In this document: positions 1-9,823 of the stretch, in pieces
How positions within the stretch are numbered: position 1 is the stretch's first letter
How the letters are laid out: the number at the start of each line of letters is the position of its first letter
Assembly: GCA_000934665.2 (NCBI GenBank)
Contig: JYFJ02001670.1
Span: forward strand, 1-64,000
Reading direction: 5' to 3'
DNA length: 64,000 nucleotides
Source: Catajapyx aquilonaris
Lineage: Eukaryota
Notes under the pieces: model-generated
The model's input: the letters and a program-made list of their open reading frames with translations, nothing else
The model's database searches: none
What the model was told of the DNA's origin: nothing
Translations under genes and position numbers: made by a program

Positions 1-783
1 TATGATGAGGGGGAAAATCGCAAACATCTGGAAATGGCTGAGAATGAGGCCTTTTTTGGAGAAATTTTTTTCGGTTAGTGCAAGTGGTCAAACCCCAGTG
101 AACATATATATCAAAAGAAAGGGAAACACCAGGACAATGCGCCTATGGAATTAGTATTCCTCTAAAATGTAAAAATAAATTTTTATAGCATTTCATTTGT
201 CACTTGCACAGTCACATTCCCAAGAATATATTGTGACCTCAACATGTTCTGAAGAAAAATCCTATTTTGGATAAAGGTAGATGGACTATATAGATTAAGG
301 TGTAGCTACTGAATCCAGATCATAAGTCAGAATGGCTCTATAACGTACATATTTTGAGAAAACTCAAATTTGGGAGATACGACACTTAAATCAAGAATTG
401 TGGTTTTTCACAGTTGTCGCAGTGTATATCCAGGACTGCATAAGGGTTTTCCCCGCAGGACTGCCCGAACCAGTGATATACGTTTTTGTATAAGTGTAAA
501 AGTACGAGAGGGAGTCGGCCAAGGACAGTTGATTATAATTGTTGAGGTCACAATATATTCTTGGGCATGTGACTGAGCAAGTGACAAATGAAATGCTATA
601 AAAATTTATTTTTACATTTTAGAGGAATACTAATTCCATAGGCGCATTGTCCTGGTGTTTCCCTTTCTTTTGATATATATGTTCATTGGGGTTTGACCAT
701 TTGCACTAACCGAAAAAAAATTCTCCAAAAAAGGCCTCATTCTCAGCCATTTCCAGATGTTTGCGATTTTCCCCCTCATCATA
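1..783. repeat. Long inverted repeat (arms ~1-243 and ~541-783) within a non-autonomous DNA transposon that extends beyond the window start
   Basis: 1-243 is a near-exact reverse complement of 541-783, e.g. tatgatgagggggaaaatcgcaaacatctggaaatggctgagaatgaggcc vs ggcctcattctcagccatttccagatgtttgcgattttccccctcatcata. Confidence 0.85.
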
Positions 784-914
784 GTATTGAGCAATATGGC
801 TGAATTTTTATAGGAAGCGTTAAGGAATCGATGAGTACATCTGGGATTATTTTCACCAAGATCCGAGGCGGTCTAGCAACATCAGGCCCACTTGATTCGG
901 AAAGACCCCAAGTA

Positions 915-1345
915 AACCGTCCAAGGTTTTAAAACGATATATCTCTAGAACTGTACGTGATAGAGCAAATCTGTTGCCGGATTCGGATTCAGCACCCCAA
1001 AATCCATAAAAAGCACATAAATGTTTTCAAAAGAGCGAAAGAGAGTGTTTTTTTGCAGAACGGTGTAATTTTTGAACCTGGGGTTTTGGTCAGTATCTCG
1101 TCAACGGTGCAAGATATCGCAAAAATAACGGCATTTCACCCCCTACGGGCCACAACTTTTCATGTTTAGGCCGGGTAAGTGTACTCGCACACCAAAAAAC
1201 GAAAACCCGTAAGTTGCGTCACAATTAACCCACATGACTCAAATTTTTTACCTGTCAAAAGGATCACCCAGCGCAACTTTTTTTCACTAGCGAACTACAA
1301 CTTTCGAAAAAAAGTGTTTTTCGAGCCGCCCTATTGTACACTGTG
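915..1345. mobile_element. Right-hand portion of a non-autonomous DNA transposon ending in ...ttgtacactgtg (CACAGTG terminus, Transib-like)
   Basis: Reverse complement of the end reads CACAGTGTACAATAGGGCGG; partner end and TSD are not in the window. Confidence 0.35.
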
Positions 1346-1713
1346 TCTAGTAGGCTACACCATCAAAATATGTTAGGATCTATTCATCTATAAATTAAAG
1401 TCCTAGAACCTCTTGAACTCAAGCTTGAACTGCATGGTTCACCGTGGAACAGTTGTGTTCGTAACGCGATAGAGGCGCCTAGTCCCAACATTGACAAGTG
1501 GCGTCCCTAGCGGAACAATAGAGAAGGTAAGCTACAGTAAGCCTAAGTGTTGTTAAGTAATATAACAACAACAACAACATTATGCACCACATTATTTTCT
1601 CTGATAATTTTCTTTCTCCTTCGGGGCCAGAGAATTATATCCCGTCCATTGTAAGGCCATTTTAATTGGAACGTTTTGTGTGGTAAAGAAGAGTGTGTCT
1701 AATAGCCTGATGT

Positions 1714-2031
1714 ATGATACGAGACCAAAGGCATTCAATGTCTGTGCAGGTAGTTTTTGAACGACAGATACCGGAACGTCACTCATATTATTATCATTGG
1801 GCTTATGGAGAAGACTTGATTGGTAAAATTCGAAAAATGGCTAAAGATCATGGGGCATATAAGTATCCAAAACGTTATTTTTATGGGCGCCGGAAATGTA
1901 AGGAATGTGTTAACCTCGAATGGATAAACCTTTTGTTTATGAAGTTGGAAGATACAGTAAAAGTGTACCAGTCTAAAGAATTTTTACGTACACATAGGCA
2001 TAGTGCTGCTTTGGATATTTTGAGTTTTTAA
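1714..2031 (+). CDS. Hypothetical 105-aa basic/aromatic protein (cargo ORF A), possibly a partial exon
   Basis: Open frame with protein-like composition and a CxxC (CKEC); possible donor at ~1526 (gaag|gtaagc) and acceptor at ~1749 (gtgcag|); stop lies in the left arm of the 2022-2095 palindrome; no recognisable family. Confidence 0.3.
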   Translation: MIRDQRHSMSVQVVFERQIPERHSYYYHWAYGEDLIGKIRKMAKDHGAYKYPKRYFYGRRKCKECVNLEWINLLFMKLEDTVKVYQSKEFLRTHRHSAALDILSF

Positions 2032-2095
2032 ATGAGCGATGGGGGGTCAATACCGAGGCCACGGTATTGACCCCACATCGCTCATTTAAAAACTC
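2022..2095. repeat. Near-perfect 74-bp palindrome
   Basis: 34-bp arms gagtttttaaatgagcgatggggggtcaataccg / cggtattgaccccacatcgctcatttaaaaactc with one mismatch and a 6-nt centre. Confidence 0.95.
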
Positions 2096-2097
2096 TC

Positions 2098-2760
2098 TTA
2101 ACGTGACATAATGTTCGTCCTTGTTTTCCCCAGTAAAAATTTCGGTGTAATTCGGTCCATATTGTCAGCTGAAAGCAGCTCAACTTTTCCTCCAACACAA
2201 GGTGACGAACTTTGAGACACACTGGGGGGATGGAGGGACGACAATTTTGAAACGAACTTTGTCGCGAACGTCGCGCAGAACTATAGAGAGGAAAAATTCA
2301 AAATTGTATGCAGAAAGTTTAAAAGTTCAGCATGCTGGCACCGAAACCTAGAGCCGACAACCCCATCCCCACAACAGGCAGTATTTTCAAAGCCTTTTGC
2401 TATAGGGTGAACAGCTGTATAAGGCGCTTACCACAGCATTGTTTAAAAATTTGCCTTGTTTTTTGTGCTGGACGAAAATGTATTATCCTGGGTTACTTTA
2501 ACTTTTATATTATTACAAGCATCGTAAAAATCACATTGCGAAATGTTCCCGCCTTTTACCAAAGACCTTCTTTGCGTGAAGATGGAACGTCCGTGGTGTT
2601 TTTTCCTGATTGTTGTGCCAACAAAAAGGGTAGTAGCTCTATCTTTCAATTGCCCTAGTTTCATTTCGGTGGGGAAAGGATAAAACATAGCAGAATATAA
2701 TCAGTTACGTATCTTTTTCTGGCAGTTGCGCCGTGATATACGGTATTCTGTTTTATGTAT
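2098..2760 (-). pseudogene. Possible decayed spliced gene (cargo ORF B)
   Basis: ORF 2443-2688; donor tgtg|gtaagc at ~2431 and acceptor tttttcctctctatag| at ~2281 join in phase (...IFKQCC-VLRDVRDKVRFKIVVPPSPQC...), but frameshifts are needed to link the pieces. Confidence 0.25.
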
Positions 2761-2857
2761 CAAAGTGGTGACTGAAAGTACAGGTGAACTCTGTTGTTTA
2801 TTGAAACAAATTGTGAGAGAATAAAGCTAATAAACCGATTAAATTTTCAAGGAAACA

Positions 2858-2863
2858 TTTATT
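2858..2863 (-). promoter_or_regulatory. Candidate polyadenylation signal AATAAA for the HMG-box gene
   Basis: tttatt on + strand, ~270 bp downstream of the stop at 3134. Confidence 0.4.
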
Positions 2864-2906
2864 TGCTTACGGATAAGCACATAACACTATTGGCACGAAT
2901 ATGAAT

Positions 2907-3052
2907 ATGAATGTGAAACGAAATGTACGATTAACTCCAATGAATGTGAAAAAATGTACGATTAACTACCATGAATGTGAAAAATGTACGATTAACTACC
3001 ATGAATGTGAAAAAATGTATGATTAACTTCCATGATTGTGAAACAAATTGTG
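2907..3052. repeat. Minisatellite, ~30-33 bp unit (atgaatgtgaaaaaatgtacgattaactacc), ~4.5 copies, in the predicted 3' UTR of the HMG gene
   Basis: Units start at ~2907, 2940, 2971, 3001, 3032. Confidence 0.9.
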
Positions 3053-3133
3053 GAGGGCCGTGGAGGGCAAATACGAAACATAAAAACTATAAGTAATATC
3101 TACATTTCCCCCAAAAATTTGAACGCTGTTTTT

Positions 3134-3430
3134 TCACTGAAGTGGACGTCCGTTGCCGTCGACCAAACGGACCGGCTTGAACTCCAATCCCTGGATCGTC
3201 TGGTTTCCCTCAGGAGACTGATGGGCGACCGACTGATGCATGCGGAAAAGAGTGGCGGGGAAGATGACGTTGTTGAGTTGCATCCAGACCTCTTGGCCTT
3301 TGCTGCCTTCTTCAGCACCAGCCGGCAGCTGCTGTACCATCCGGCTGCTCTGGAACGGCTGGCCCGTTACGGTGAGTTTATCCTTGTCCGCAACAGGACA
3401 CATCATATTCCGCTGCACCTGCTGGTCCTC
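3134..3430 (-). CDS. HMG-box gene exon 3 (EDQQVQRNMMCPVADK...DGNGRPLQ*)
   Basis: Acceptor gttatttcag| with upstream branch-like gctaat; phase 0, in frame with exon 2; 64-bp intron 3494-3431. Confidence 0.75.
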   Translation of the reverse strand, partial: EDQQVQRNMMCPVADKDKLTVTGQPFQSSRMVQQLPAGAEEGSKGQEVWMQLNNVIFPATLFRMHQSVAHQSPEGNQTIQGLEFKPVRLVDGNGRPLQ

Positions 3431-3494
3431 CTGAAATAACGTAATTGGAAATTAGCGGCTCTATAAACACTTGCGTTGGAAATACGGATCACAC

Positions 3495-3920
3495 CTTGAC
3501 CTCTCCGGTGCCTTCTCCACCGACGCCCCTTGCCTCCTCTTGCACCTTCAGGGCCCTCCTCATGCGGGCTACCTTGGGATTGTATACGTACCCTGGGTAC
3601 TTTATCTTATGGTCATAGTCGGCCTGCTTGGCTAGGGCATAAAACCGGTTCTTACTCAGCCGGTCCATATCTTTCCACATGCGGCCCAGACGGACGCTGA
3701 TGTCCCGGTTTCCCTCATGCGGATACTTGGCAGCCATCCCTCGCCTGTTCTCATTTGCGAACAGCAAAAAGGCATTTTGAGGCCTCGGGATCTTAGGCGA
3801 TGAGAGAGAGGCGGCTGCAGACTGCTGGACAGTTACTAGCGGCACAACCCGGGGTGAAGGCATGTACGGGATGGGCCTGATTGGATTGGTGACAGTCCTC
3901 TCCGGACCCACTTCCTCCTT
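3495..3920 (-). CDS. HMG-box gene exon 2: sequence-specific SOX/TCF/HBP1-class HMG box (~3794-3573)
   Basis: KIPRPQNAFLLFANENRRGMAAKYPHEGNRDISVRLGRMWKDMDRLSKNRFYALAKQADYDHKIKYPGYVYNPK has the RPxNAF, IS..LG..W and H...YP.Y.Y.P hallmarks; acceptor ttacctccag|, donor aag|gtgtga. Confidence 0.92.
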
Positions 3921-3937
3921 CTGGAGGTAAACGATGT

Positions 3938-4026
3938 GTTTCCATGGAAACAACAGATTATAAACAACGGATGGAATTTTTTTCCTATTATGTTAGTTAA
4001 GCAGTGTCTGGCAATAACTATCGATA
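3938..4026. promoter_or_regulatory. Intron-1 motifs: palindromic RFX site GTTTCCATGGAAAC (3938-3951) and DRE TATCGATA (4019-4026)
   Basis: Motif strings read directly. Confidence 0.45.
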
Positions 4027-4085
4027 ATGGTAACCAACAATAAACTTCAATGGACAATTGAACAAAATAATTAGTGCGAGCTAAC

Positions 4086-4310
4086 CTTCTTGATGACAAT
4101 GTATTCCCCCATATTGGCAGGACCAGTTGAGATGGGGATGGCTATGGGGTGACTTGACTGAGGGACCCTCTGGACATCGGGTTTGTACTGCTGCTCAGTC
4201 CCCAGCACACATTGTGCTCCGATGGGCAGGGGGTCTATGGTAGACAACTCTCCCTCCCATGTCGGCGGTCTGATGGGAACCATCTTTCCCATTTCCCTAT
4301 TGACGTGCAT
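4086..4310 (-). CDS. HMG-box gene exon 1 (MHVNREMGKMVPIRPPTW...EYIVIKK)
   Basis: ATG at 4310; donor aag|gttagc, phase 0; 165-bp intron 4085-3921; splices in frame to exon 2 for a 315-aa protein. Confidence 0.7.
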
Positions 4311-4331
4311 TCTCAACGGCTTCAGCAGACA

Positions 4332-4449
4332 AACTGACCGATTGTTGACGCTTTGTTTCTGACCTGTTCCATTTTGTTGCCTAGGTAACGAATACTCGCC
4401 GGCCGGGAGGAAGCGATTGGCAACATTTGGTTTAGTTGCCCTGAGCTAC
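4332..4449 (-). promoter_or_regulatory. Predicted HMG-gene core promoter: Inr TCAGTT (4337-4332), SOX-type AACAAT (4346-4341), RFX X-box GTTGCCTAGGTAAC (4376-4389), degenerate X-box (4435-4449)
   Basis: Motifs read directly from the sequence; the X-box fits GTNRCC(N0-3)RGYAAC. Confidence 0.55.
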
Positions 4450-5188
4450 GTGGTATTTGCAATATTAGGTGTCGCAAGTTTAATATTAATTATAATAATT
4501 ATTTGCAAAGATTCGCACCAATTCGAACATTATTTTGAAATGGCGCCCTACCTCTGCAATGGGAGCCCCCTACATTCAACAATAACACATTTTTCCCGAA
4601 AGTAAGACAACACAAGGCCGCAGTAAAAAAAAGTGAATCTGATTAATGAATTAATTAATATTAAATTTTAATTCGACCACACATGTTGTGTCAGTGGCCA
4701 ATCAGACGTCGCGACCTGATTCAACCCGACAACCAATCATAAGTCAGAGATGGTGTGGGATGGAACGTGTAAACGCGGAAAAGTACACAACGGTACACAA
4801 CTTCACGTCATGTCCACTAGACACATGCGTATTAACATTCTGGTTAATTCATTTTAATGTTAATGTCAAGCAAATATTAGGATTAAAATTGGAATATTAT
4901 AAAGCACTTATTTACCAATTAACGCTTAATCAAGTATCGTAATGAAACAGAATAACATTAATTTTCTTGTTCACAACTTGTCACGTACGCGTGGTACATA
5001 CGGTACGTGATATTGCAAATTATGTGTTCATGCAGAATTTTTCATTAAAATTCCATATTATTTTATTTCCATAATTTTATATCACAGAATTCAAACGTAC
5101 ATGCGATCTCTGGACCCAACAGGGCCGGGTGTGTCCCCCAATGGGCCGTGTCCATTTATGGAACTCACTAGTTGCGAACTTGCGATAC

Positions 5189-5340
5189 CAGGGGTGGGCC
5201 CAAGGGGTGGGGAACCTTTTTTCTCCGTGGGCCGCCGCATAGAGATTTAAAAAATTTGACGGGCCGCATCTAACAAAAGAAATTTCACCTTATAAAAGAG
5301 TTCACAATTATATATCCATTGTTTTAAATGAACTTCCATT
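5189..5340 (+). mobile_element. hAT (Charlie/Ac-like) element 5' end fragment
   Basis: CAGGGGTGG...GGGAACC terminus with gggccgc subterminal repeats; partner end not found. Confidence 0.4.
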
Positions 5341-5344
5341 AATT

Positions 5345-6096
5345 GAACCTCGGAATCGGAAAACAGACTAAGTGGACATCAAAATGACTTGGCACATATG
5401 CACTTGTTGCTCTGAGCCTCGCTGTACGCCAAACGGAGCATCGCAGGTGCACCAAACTCGGGTGGTAGGTGCGCCTGGCGAATCCATGACGATAAAAGGT
5501 GTCAGGAATCCGATACGAGTAACGAGTGACGAATGGGAGCGGTGTCTTTGACCCCCCCCCCCACGACATATATTGAGGTTTCCAGTTACTTTTATTGACC
5601 ATATTCATTTACCTGTTTTAAAATGTATCTACACTAAAAAGAAGGCATTGGAATCGGAAATAAAAAAGGGATGGGGGTAAGAAAAACCAGTGCCGCATTT
5701 GACTCGTTTGTGCTATCGGTACCGTGATACCGGGGATAGGTACGCGTTCGCCGCAAGAAAAATACCAATTTTTTAAAACCCAAGTGCGACAATCACTGTG
5801 ACCTGCAGAGGGGTCAACGTGGCCTCGAACTCTCATGGGAGTCGGAAAACATACTAACTTTACGGGGGTGTCCAGAGGGTGGGGGGTCAAAGACACCGCT
5901 CCCATTCGTCACTCGTTACTCGTATCGGATTCCTGACACCTTTTATCGTCATGGATTCGCCAGGCGCACCTACCACCCGAGTTTGGTGCACCTGCAATGC
6001 TCCGTTTGGCGTACAGCGAGGCTCAGAGCAACAAGTGCGTAAGTGCCAAGTCATTTTGAAATGCACCTGTTAGTCTGTTTTCCGATTCCGAGGTTC
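5345..6096. mobile_element. MITE with ~215-bp TIRs and AATT target duplication (possibly Sola-type)
   Basis: AATT|GAACCTCGGAATCGGAAAACAGACTAA...TTAGTCTGTTTTCCGATTCCGAGGTTC|AATT; arms 5345-~5560 and ~5880-6096. Confidence 0.85.
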
Positions 6097-7149
6097 AATT
6101 GCATAAATTATCATTAAATTCTCTGAAAATCGATAAAATTAACTAAATATATCAATGAAAATGGCCTGTATAAATTTAAAAAAACATGTTCTTGTGGATT
6201 TAAAAGAATTAAAAAGGTAGGCACAGGAATAAAATTTTGGAATTTTAATTTCCCCTTACTTCTCTATTTTTTCACTGATGGGAACGTTTTTGCTCTTATT
6301 TCAGTTCCTTTTTGGCAGTACATAATAAGAACAATGATGCCTCATTTAATGCTATTGAACACATGCCATAATGATGACACTGTCTCGCAGAGCAGTCATA
6401 ATCATGAACTTGGTTTGATGGCTCCAATGAAACCCGTAATTTCAGTCCTGAAGGGTGACATTCTCTGCTGGAAGATGGAAGTAAAACTGTGTCTTCCATG
6501 CATGCAATTCTCAGCATATGATCCCGAGCTGTCGGCCACTATTATTGTCATTCTGCAGCAAGTAATAGTTTTATTGAATAGTGTATATTGTAATAAGTTG
6601 TACGGAGCAGGGCTGGTCTACTGTAACCTCATGATTGTTTGATTTGGAAGCAAATAAGAATTTCTCAATATAAGCTGGGTTCAGACTAGACACGGTAGGT
6701 ATACCTATACGAAACGTTGTGACGAAACGAACGGAAAGTAGGGCGAGAAGGGAGTGGGAAAGGGAAGTATGGGGAGGTAAAGACTGTATAGAGGGCATGA
6801 TGTCATAGTGTTCAGTCTCATGCGCACTGTTCATCAACACTAGCTCAGCTATCAGGATTTATCATCTTAGTTCTGCAGCAAGTTACAATCATTATTTGAA
6901 GCTATTCGCTCCATCAGTTCATATCTCGGGTCAAAAGCAGTCAAAATCTATATGATGATCTTCCACAATAATTTATTGTTACCCCAGTGCAGTGGCGTAA
7001 ACGTGGGCATAACTTTCTGGCCATGTCATTTAGTCATTAACATAAATAAACCTGGGTCGATGATGCCAGGTGATGAATATTAGGTTGGTACTGCTTTTTT
7101 AAATTTTTAGGGGACGTTATTAAAAGAATATATGCTGTGCAATGTGCAT

Positions 7150-8110
7150 ATGTAAGAATCGCACCTCATGATAGTGCGGATTAGTGGGGAAAATTTCAAA
7201 GATTCTAGAACACAATTTTAGTTAGGGCGACTAAAACGAAGGAAATATTCATTGTTGAAAAGGTACACTATGGTCTACTTAGGGGCTACCTTCCCATAAA
7301 TGACGAAGCATGAGGTGACTGAACTCGACTGCAGCTACGGTGTGCAGTGACCACTGACCACTGACCCTCCTGCTGAAAGTGATGACCCTGTCACAGCCAG
7401 ATACGGGAGGCAGCAAGCCCCCAAACCAGTACAAATAAACGCAGGGAGGAACGTAACTGTAACCTGAACACTACGCCACTATTCAGCTCTCAACGAAACA
7501 ATCAACTAAAAACCCTCCCTGTGAGGTTCAGGTGGAAACAAGAACAAGGATATTCACTGATCCGATTCTGATACATCCACTCGGAACGCCTTGCCCCAAC
7601 CAGAGGCATAACCTGGGCATAACATTATTTGACCCACAGCAATATAATTATGCAGGTGGTAAACAAGAACTGACGTTGATAGCTAGGTTATGACATCATG
7701 AACAAATGAGGAAATGGCAGGAAAAATAAAGGGGGGAAAAATCATAACTTACCGTATATCCTGTAGCAGGTGGAACTGTGAGGTTTTGAACACAGATCCA
7801 CACCGGCCTATTGCACATTCGACCTTTTGACGAAGAAACGGAATTTCGAATAGTTATTGAGCGAAAAAATCACAACTTTAAAAAAAATAGTTTTTAATTT
7901 TTTGCGGAGTACCGGTACTGAAGAGGAATTCTGTAATTTAAGTATAAATGGTAAGAATGCACCTCACGGCAGTGGGGATCTGTGGTCGAATTTTCGAAGC
8001 TCCACCTGCAGCAGAATTTGAGTTAGAGCGAATAGAAAAAGCTTAACATGAAGATGTTGAAAAAATTCATTGTTGAAAATTGTTGTAAGGTCTTACTTAG
8101 GGGCTCCCAC
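7150..8110. repeat. Degenerate internally duplicated transposon remnant
   Basis: 7150-7290 and 7950-8110 are diverged direct copies (gtaagaat..gcacctca...aaaattcattgttgaaa...acttaggggct). Confidence 0.45.
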
Positions 8111-8378
8111 CCCTAAAATAAGGGTTTATTGTTTTCAAAGTAATAGGTCAGGGTATCTACATGTTCAAAATGAGTTATCCCAAAGTGTAATGTTGTGCAG
8201 TAAAATTTTGTTTTTTTTCAACCATTTTCATAGCCCTTTCGCACATCATTTCATTGGCACATTATTGAGCACACTGTCATCTGTTTGCCTTTGACACAGC
8301 TTCGTACAGTAAATGCGGCGTAGTGTGATATGTCTTCGTGGCAATTTTCTTGCCGCTGCGCTGTTTTGCAATGCCATC

Positions 8379-8510
8379 AGTTGGTTGGTTGGCTGGTTGG
8401 TTGATTGGGGGAGCCAAAACATTGACCAAAGCACCTGAGGTTATCTAGAGGGAGATAGGTTTTGGACAGTGTGGGAAGAAATGGAAGCACGAAAAAACCC
8501 ACAAATTGTT
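8379..8510 (-). mobile_element. Possible 3' end of a non-LTR retroelement with a (CAAC)n tail
   Basis: (TTGG)n run at 8379-8405; same tail type as the insert at 53143-53462. Confidence 0.35.
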
Positions 8511-8651
8511 TTTGTCCAGTGTACGTACTCCTCTCTATGTATATTACACACATTTTGGTTGAATTCACTGTTAAAAATAAAAATAAAAGTACGATCCACA
8601 TGGGAGAAACTAACAGTGCAGGCAAGATTCACTATAGAGTATAGACTATAC

Positions 8652-9183
8652 CAGGGATATTCAACTGGCGGACCGCGGTCCGGATCCGGACCGCGACGCA
8701 ATTTTGTCCGGACCGCGACAATGTACAGGACCGTTTGAAATAGCATGATAAATTACTAATTCATGATTTTTTTTTGAAAAAGTGCTACCAATTTCATCAA
8801 ATACACACCTATTCAAATCTCCCACATCTCACCTAAGCGCGTGTGACCTTGAACCCCCAAAAAATTTCGCCTGCGGCGGGCTCGTTCCCCGCCCTTTACG
8901 GCTTGTTCACCTTGTGCTTACGAAATGGGCCCCCTCCGAAATTCTTCTGCCTACGCCCCTGTACAGGACATCATAAAGGGCGAGTCTTAATATCCCCCGT
9001 CTTGATAGGCCCTTCTACCCTTGCTGCACATGTTTCTATTTTCGAATATGAACCATGTGGTACCATATAAAATCTATATATTTTTATCCGGGGGGGGGGN
9101 GGGGGGGGGGGGGAGGTCCGGACCTTCAATGGCCCAGGAAAGGTAAATACTGGACCTTGTCAGAAACTAGTTGAATACCCCTG
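8652..9183. mobile_element. hAT-superfamily MITE with 8-bp TSD
   Basis: TIRs CAGGGATATTCAACT / AGTTGAATACCCCTG; TSD GACTATAC at 8644-8651 and 9184-9191. Confidence 0.92.
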
Positions 9184-9419
9184 GACTATACTATGTTTTG
9201 AATATGGTGCAAGAAAGGAAGGGGGAAGGGAGGGAGGTGGAGGGGAGAGTATAAGAGCAGAGGAAAAATGGTATCTATGAATAGTTGTATGTATATGTCC
9301 ACAGCCTAGCAACCAAAAAAAATCTAAATTTTGGGTATTTAGCTTCAAAAAAATGTGCATTTTTGGGACCCCCCCTTCTCACGCGATTGCAGACTCTTAC
9401 AGTCAGATAAGGCAAACCC

Positions 9420-9823
9420 ACCGAAGCAGTAGTGGTGTAGTGGATATGGTGTCCGACTGCTAATCGGGAGGTCCTGGGTTCGAATCCCGGAGGCCGGCGA
9501 TCCTGACCTTGGTTTTCTGTGGTTTCCCATGGCCGCCCCATGAATAATTTCCGGGATCGTACCGTAATATAGGCCACAGCCGCTTCCTTCCGTTCCCTTC
9601 CCTGGAGGAGGTGCGGGTCAGTTGGGAGTTTCTGACTCGCATCTAGGGGATCTCCTTGACGAACGGGCCCCCTGAGGGACTGCACACGACCCCCAACCTG
9701 AGACATTGCACATGCACCAGTGTCCCCCCCTCCTATCCCTACCCTGTCCCTGCACGATAGTGGTAATCCACTCCCCTAAGAGAGCCCATGGCTCTAGCAC
9801 GGGGTGTATCTTAAAAAAAGAAA
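9420..9823 (+). mobile_element. tRNA-derived SINE, family A, copy with a long central insert
   Basis: A box TGGTGTAGTGG, B box GGTTCGAATCC, shared body ggccacagccgcttccttcc and tail ggctctagcacgggg; homologous to four other copies in the window. Confidence 0.9.

Larger units (their letters stand above)
1379..5171 (+). mobile_element. Putative non-autonomous Helitron (~3.8 kb) carrying gene cargo
   Basis: 5' A|TCTATTCATCTATAAATTAAAG (TC at 1379, alternative TC at 1387); 3' imperfect hairpin gtgtccat-tt-atggaac followed by CTAG (5168-5171)|T; no TSD or TIR; no Rep/helicase seen. Confidence 0.55.

Noticed and set aside
2907..3052. CRISPR-like periodic repeat
   Set aside because: Head-to-tail tandem units without unique spacers, eukaryotic context, no cas genes.
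3032..3439. 135-aa plus-strand ORF
   Set aside because: Antisense shadow of HMG exon 3 that starts inside the minisatellite.
3573..3794. Naming the HMG gene as a specific Sox, pangolin/TCF, capicua or bbx orthologue
   Set aside because: Diagnostic residues and flanking domains do not match any of these well enough without a phylogeny.
4417..4605. Hydrophobic 62-aa ORF resembling a membrane peptide
   Set aside because: TTG start, hydrophobicity comes from AT-rich sequence, and it overlaps the predicted promoter motifs.
6305..6642. Possible terminal exon or 102-aa ORF after a tttcag acceptor
   Set aside because: No recognisable domain and no partner exon identified.
9089..9113. Poly-G run containing an N (also ~49226-49249)
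   Set aside because: Homopolymer with an ambiguous base call; length is unreliable, so no G-quadruplex claim is made.
9421..9495. Apparent tRNA gene (also at 33301, 40540, 52905, 54886)
   Set aside because: Each continues into a shared SINE body and tail, several with TSDs, and the acceptor stems do not pair; these are SINE heads.
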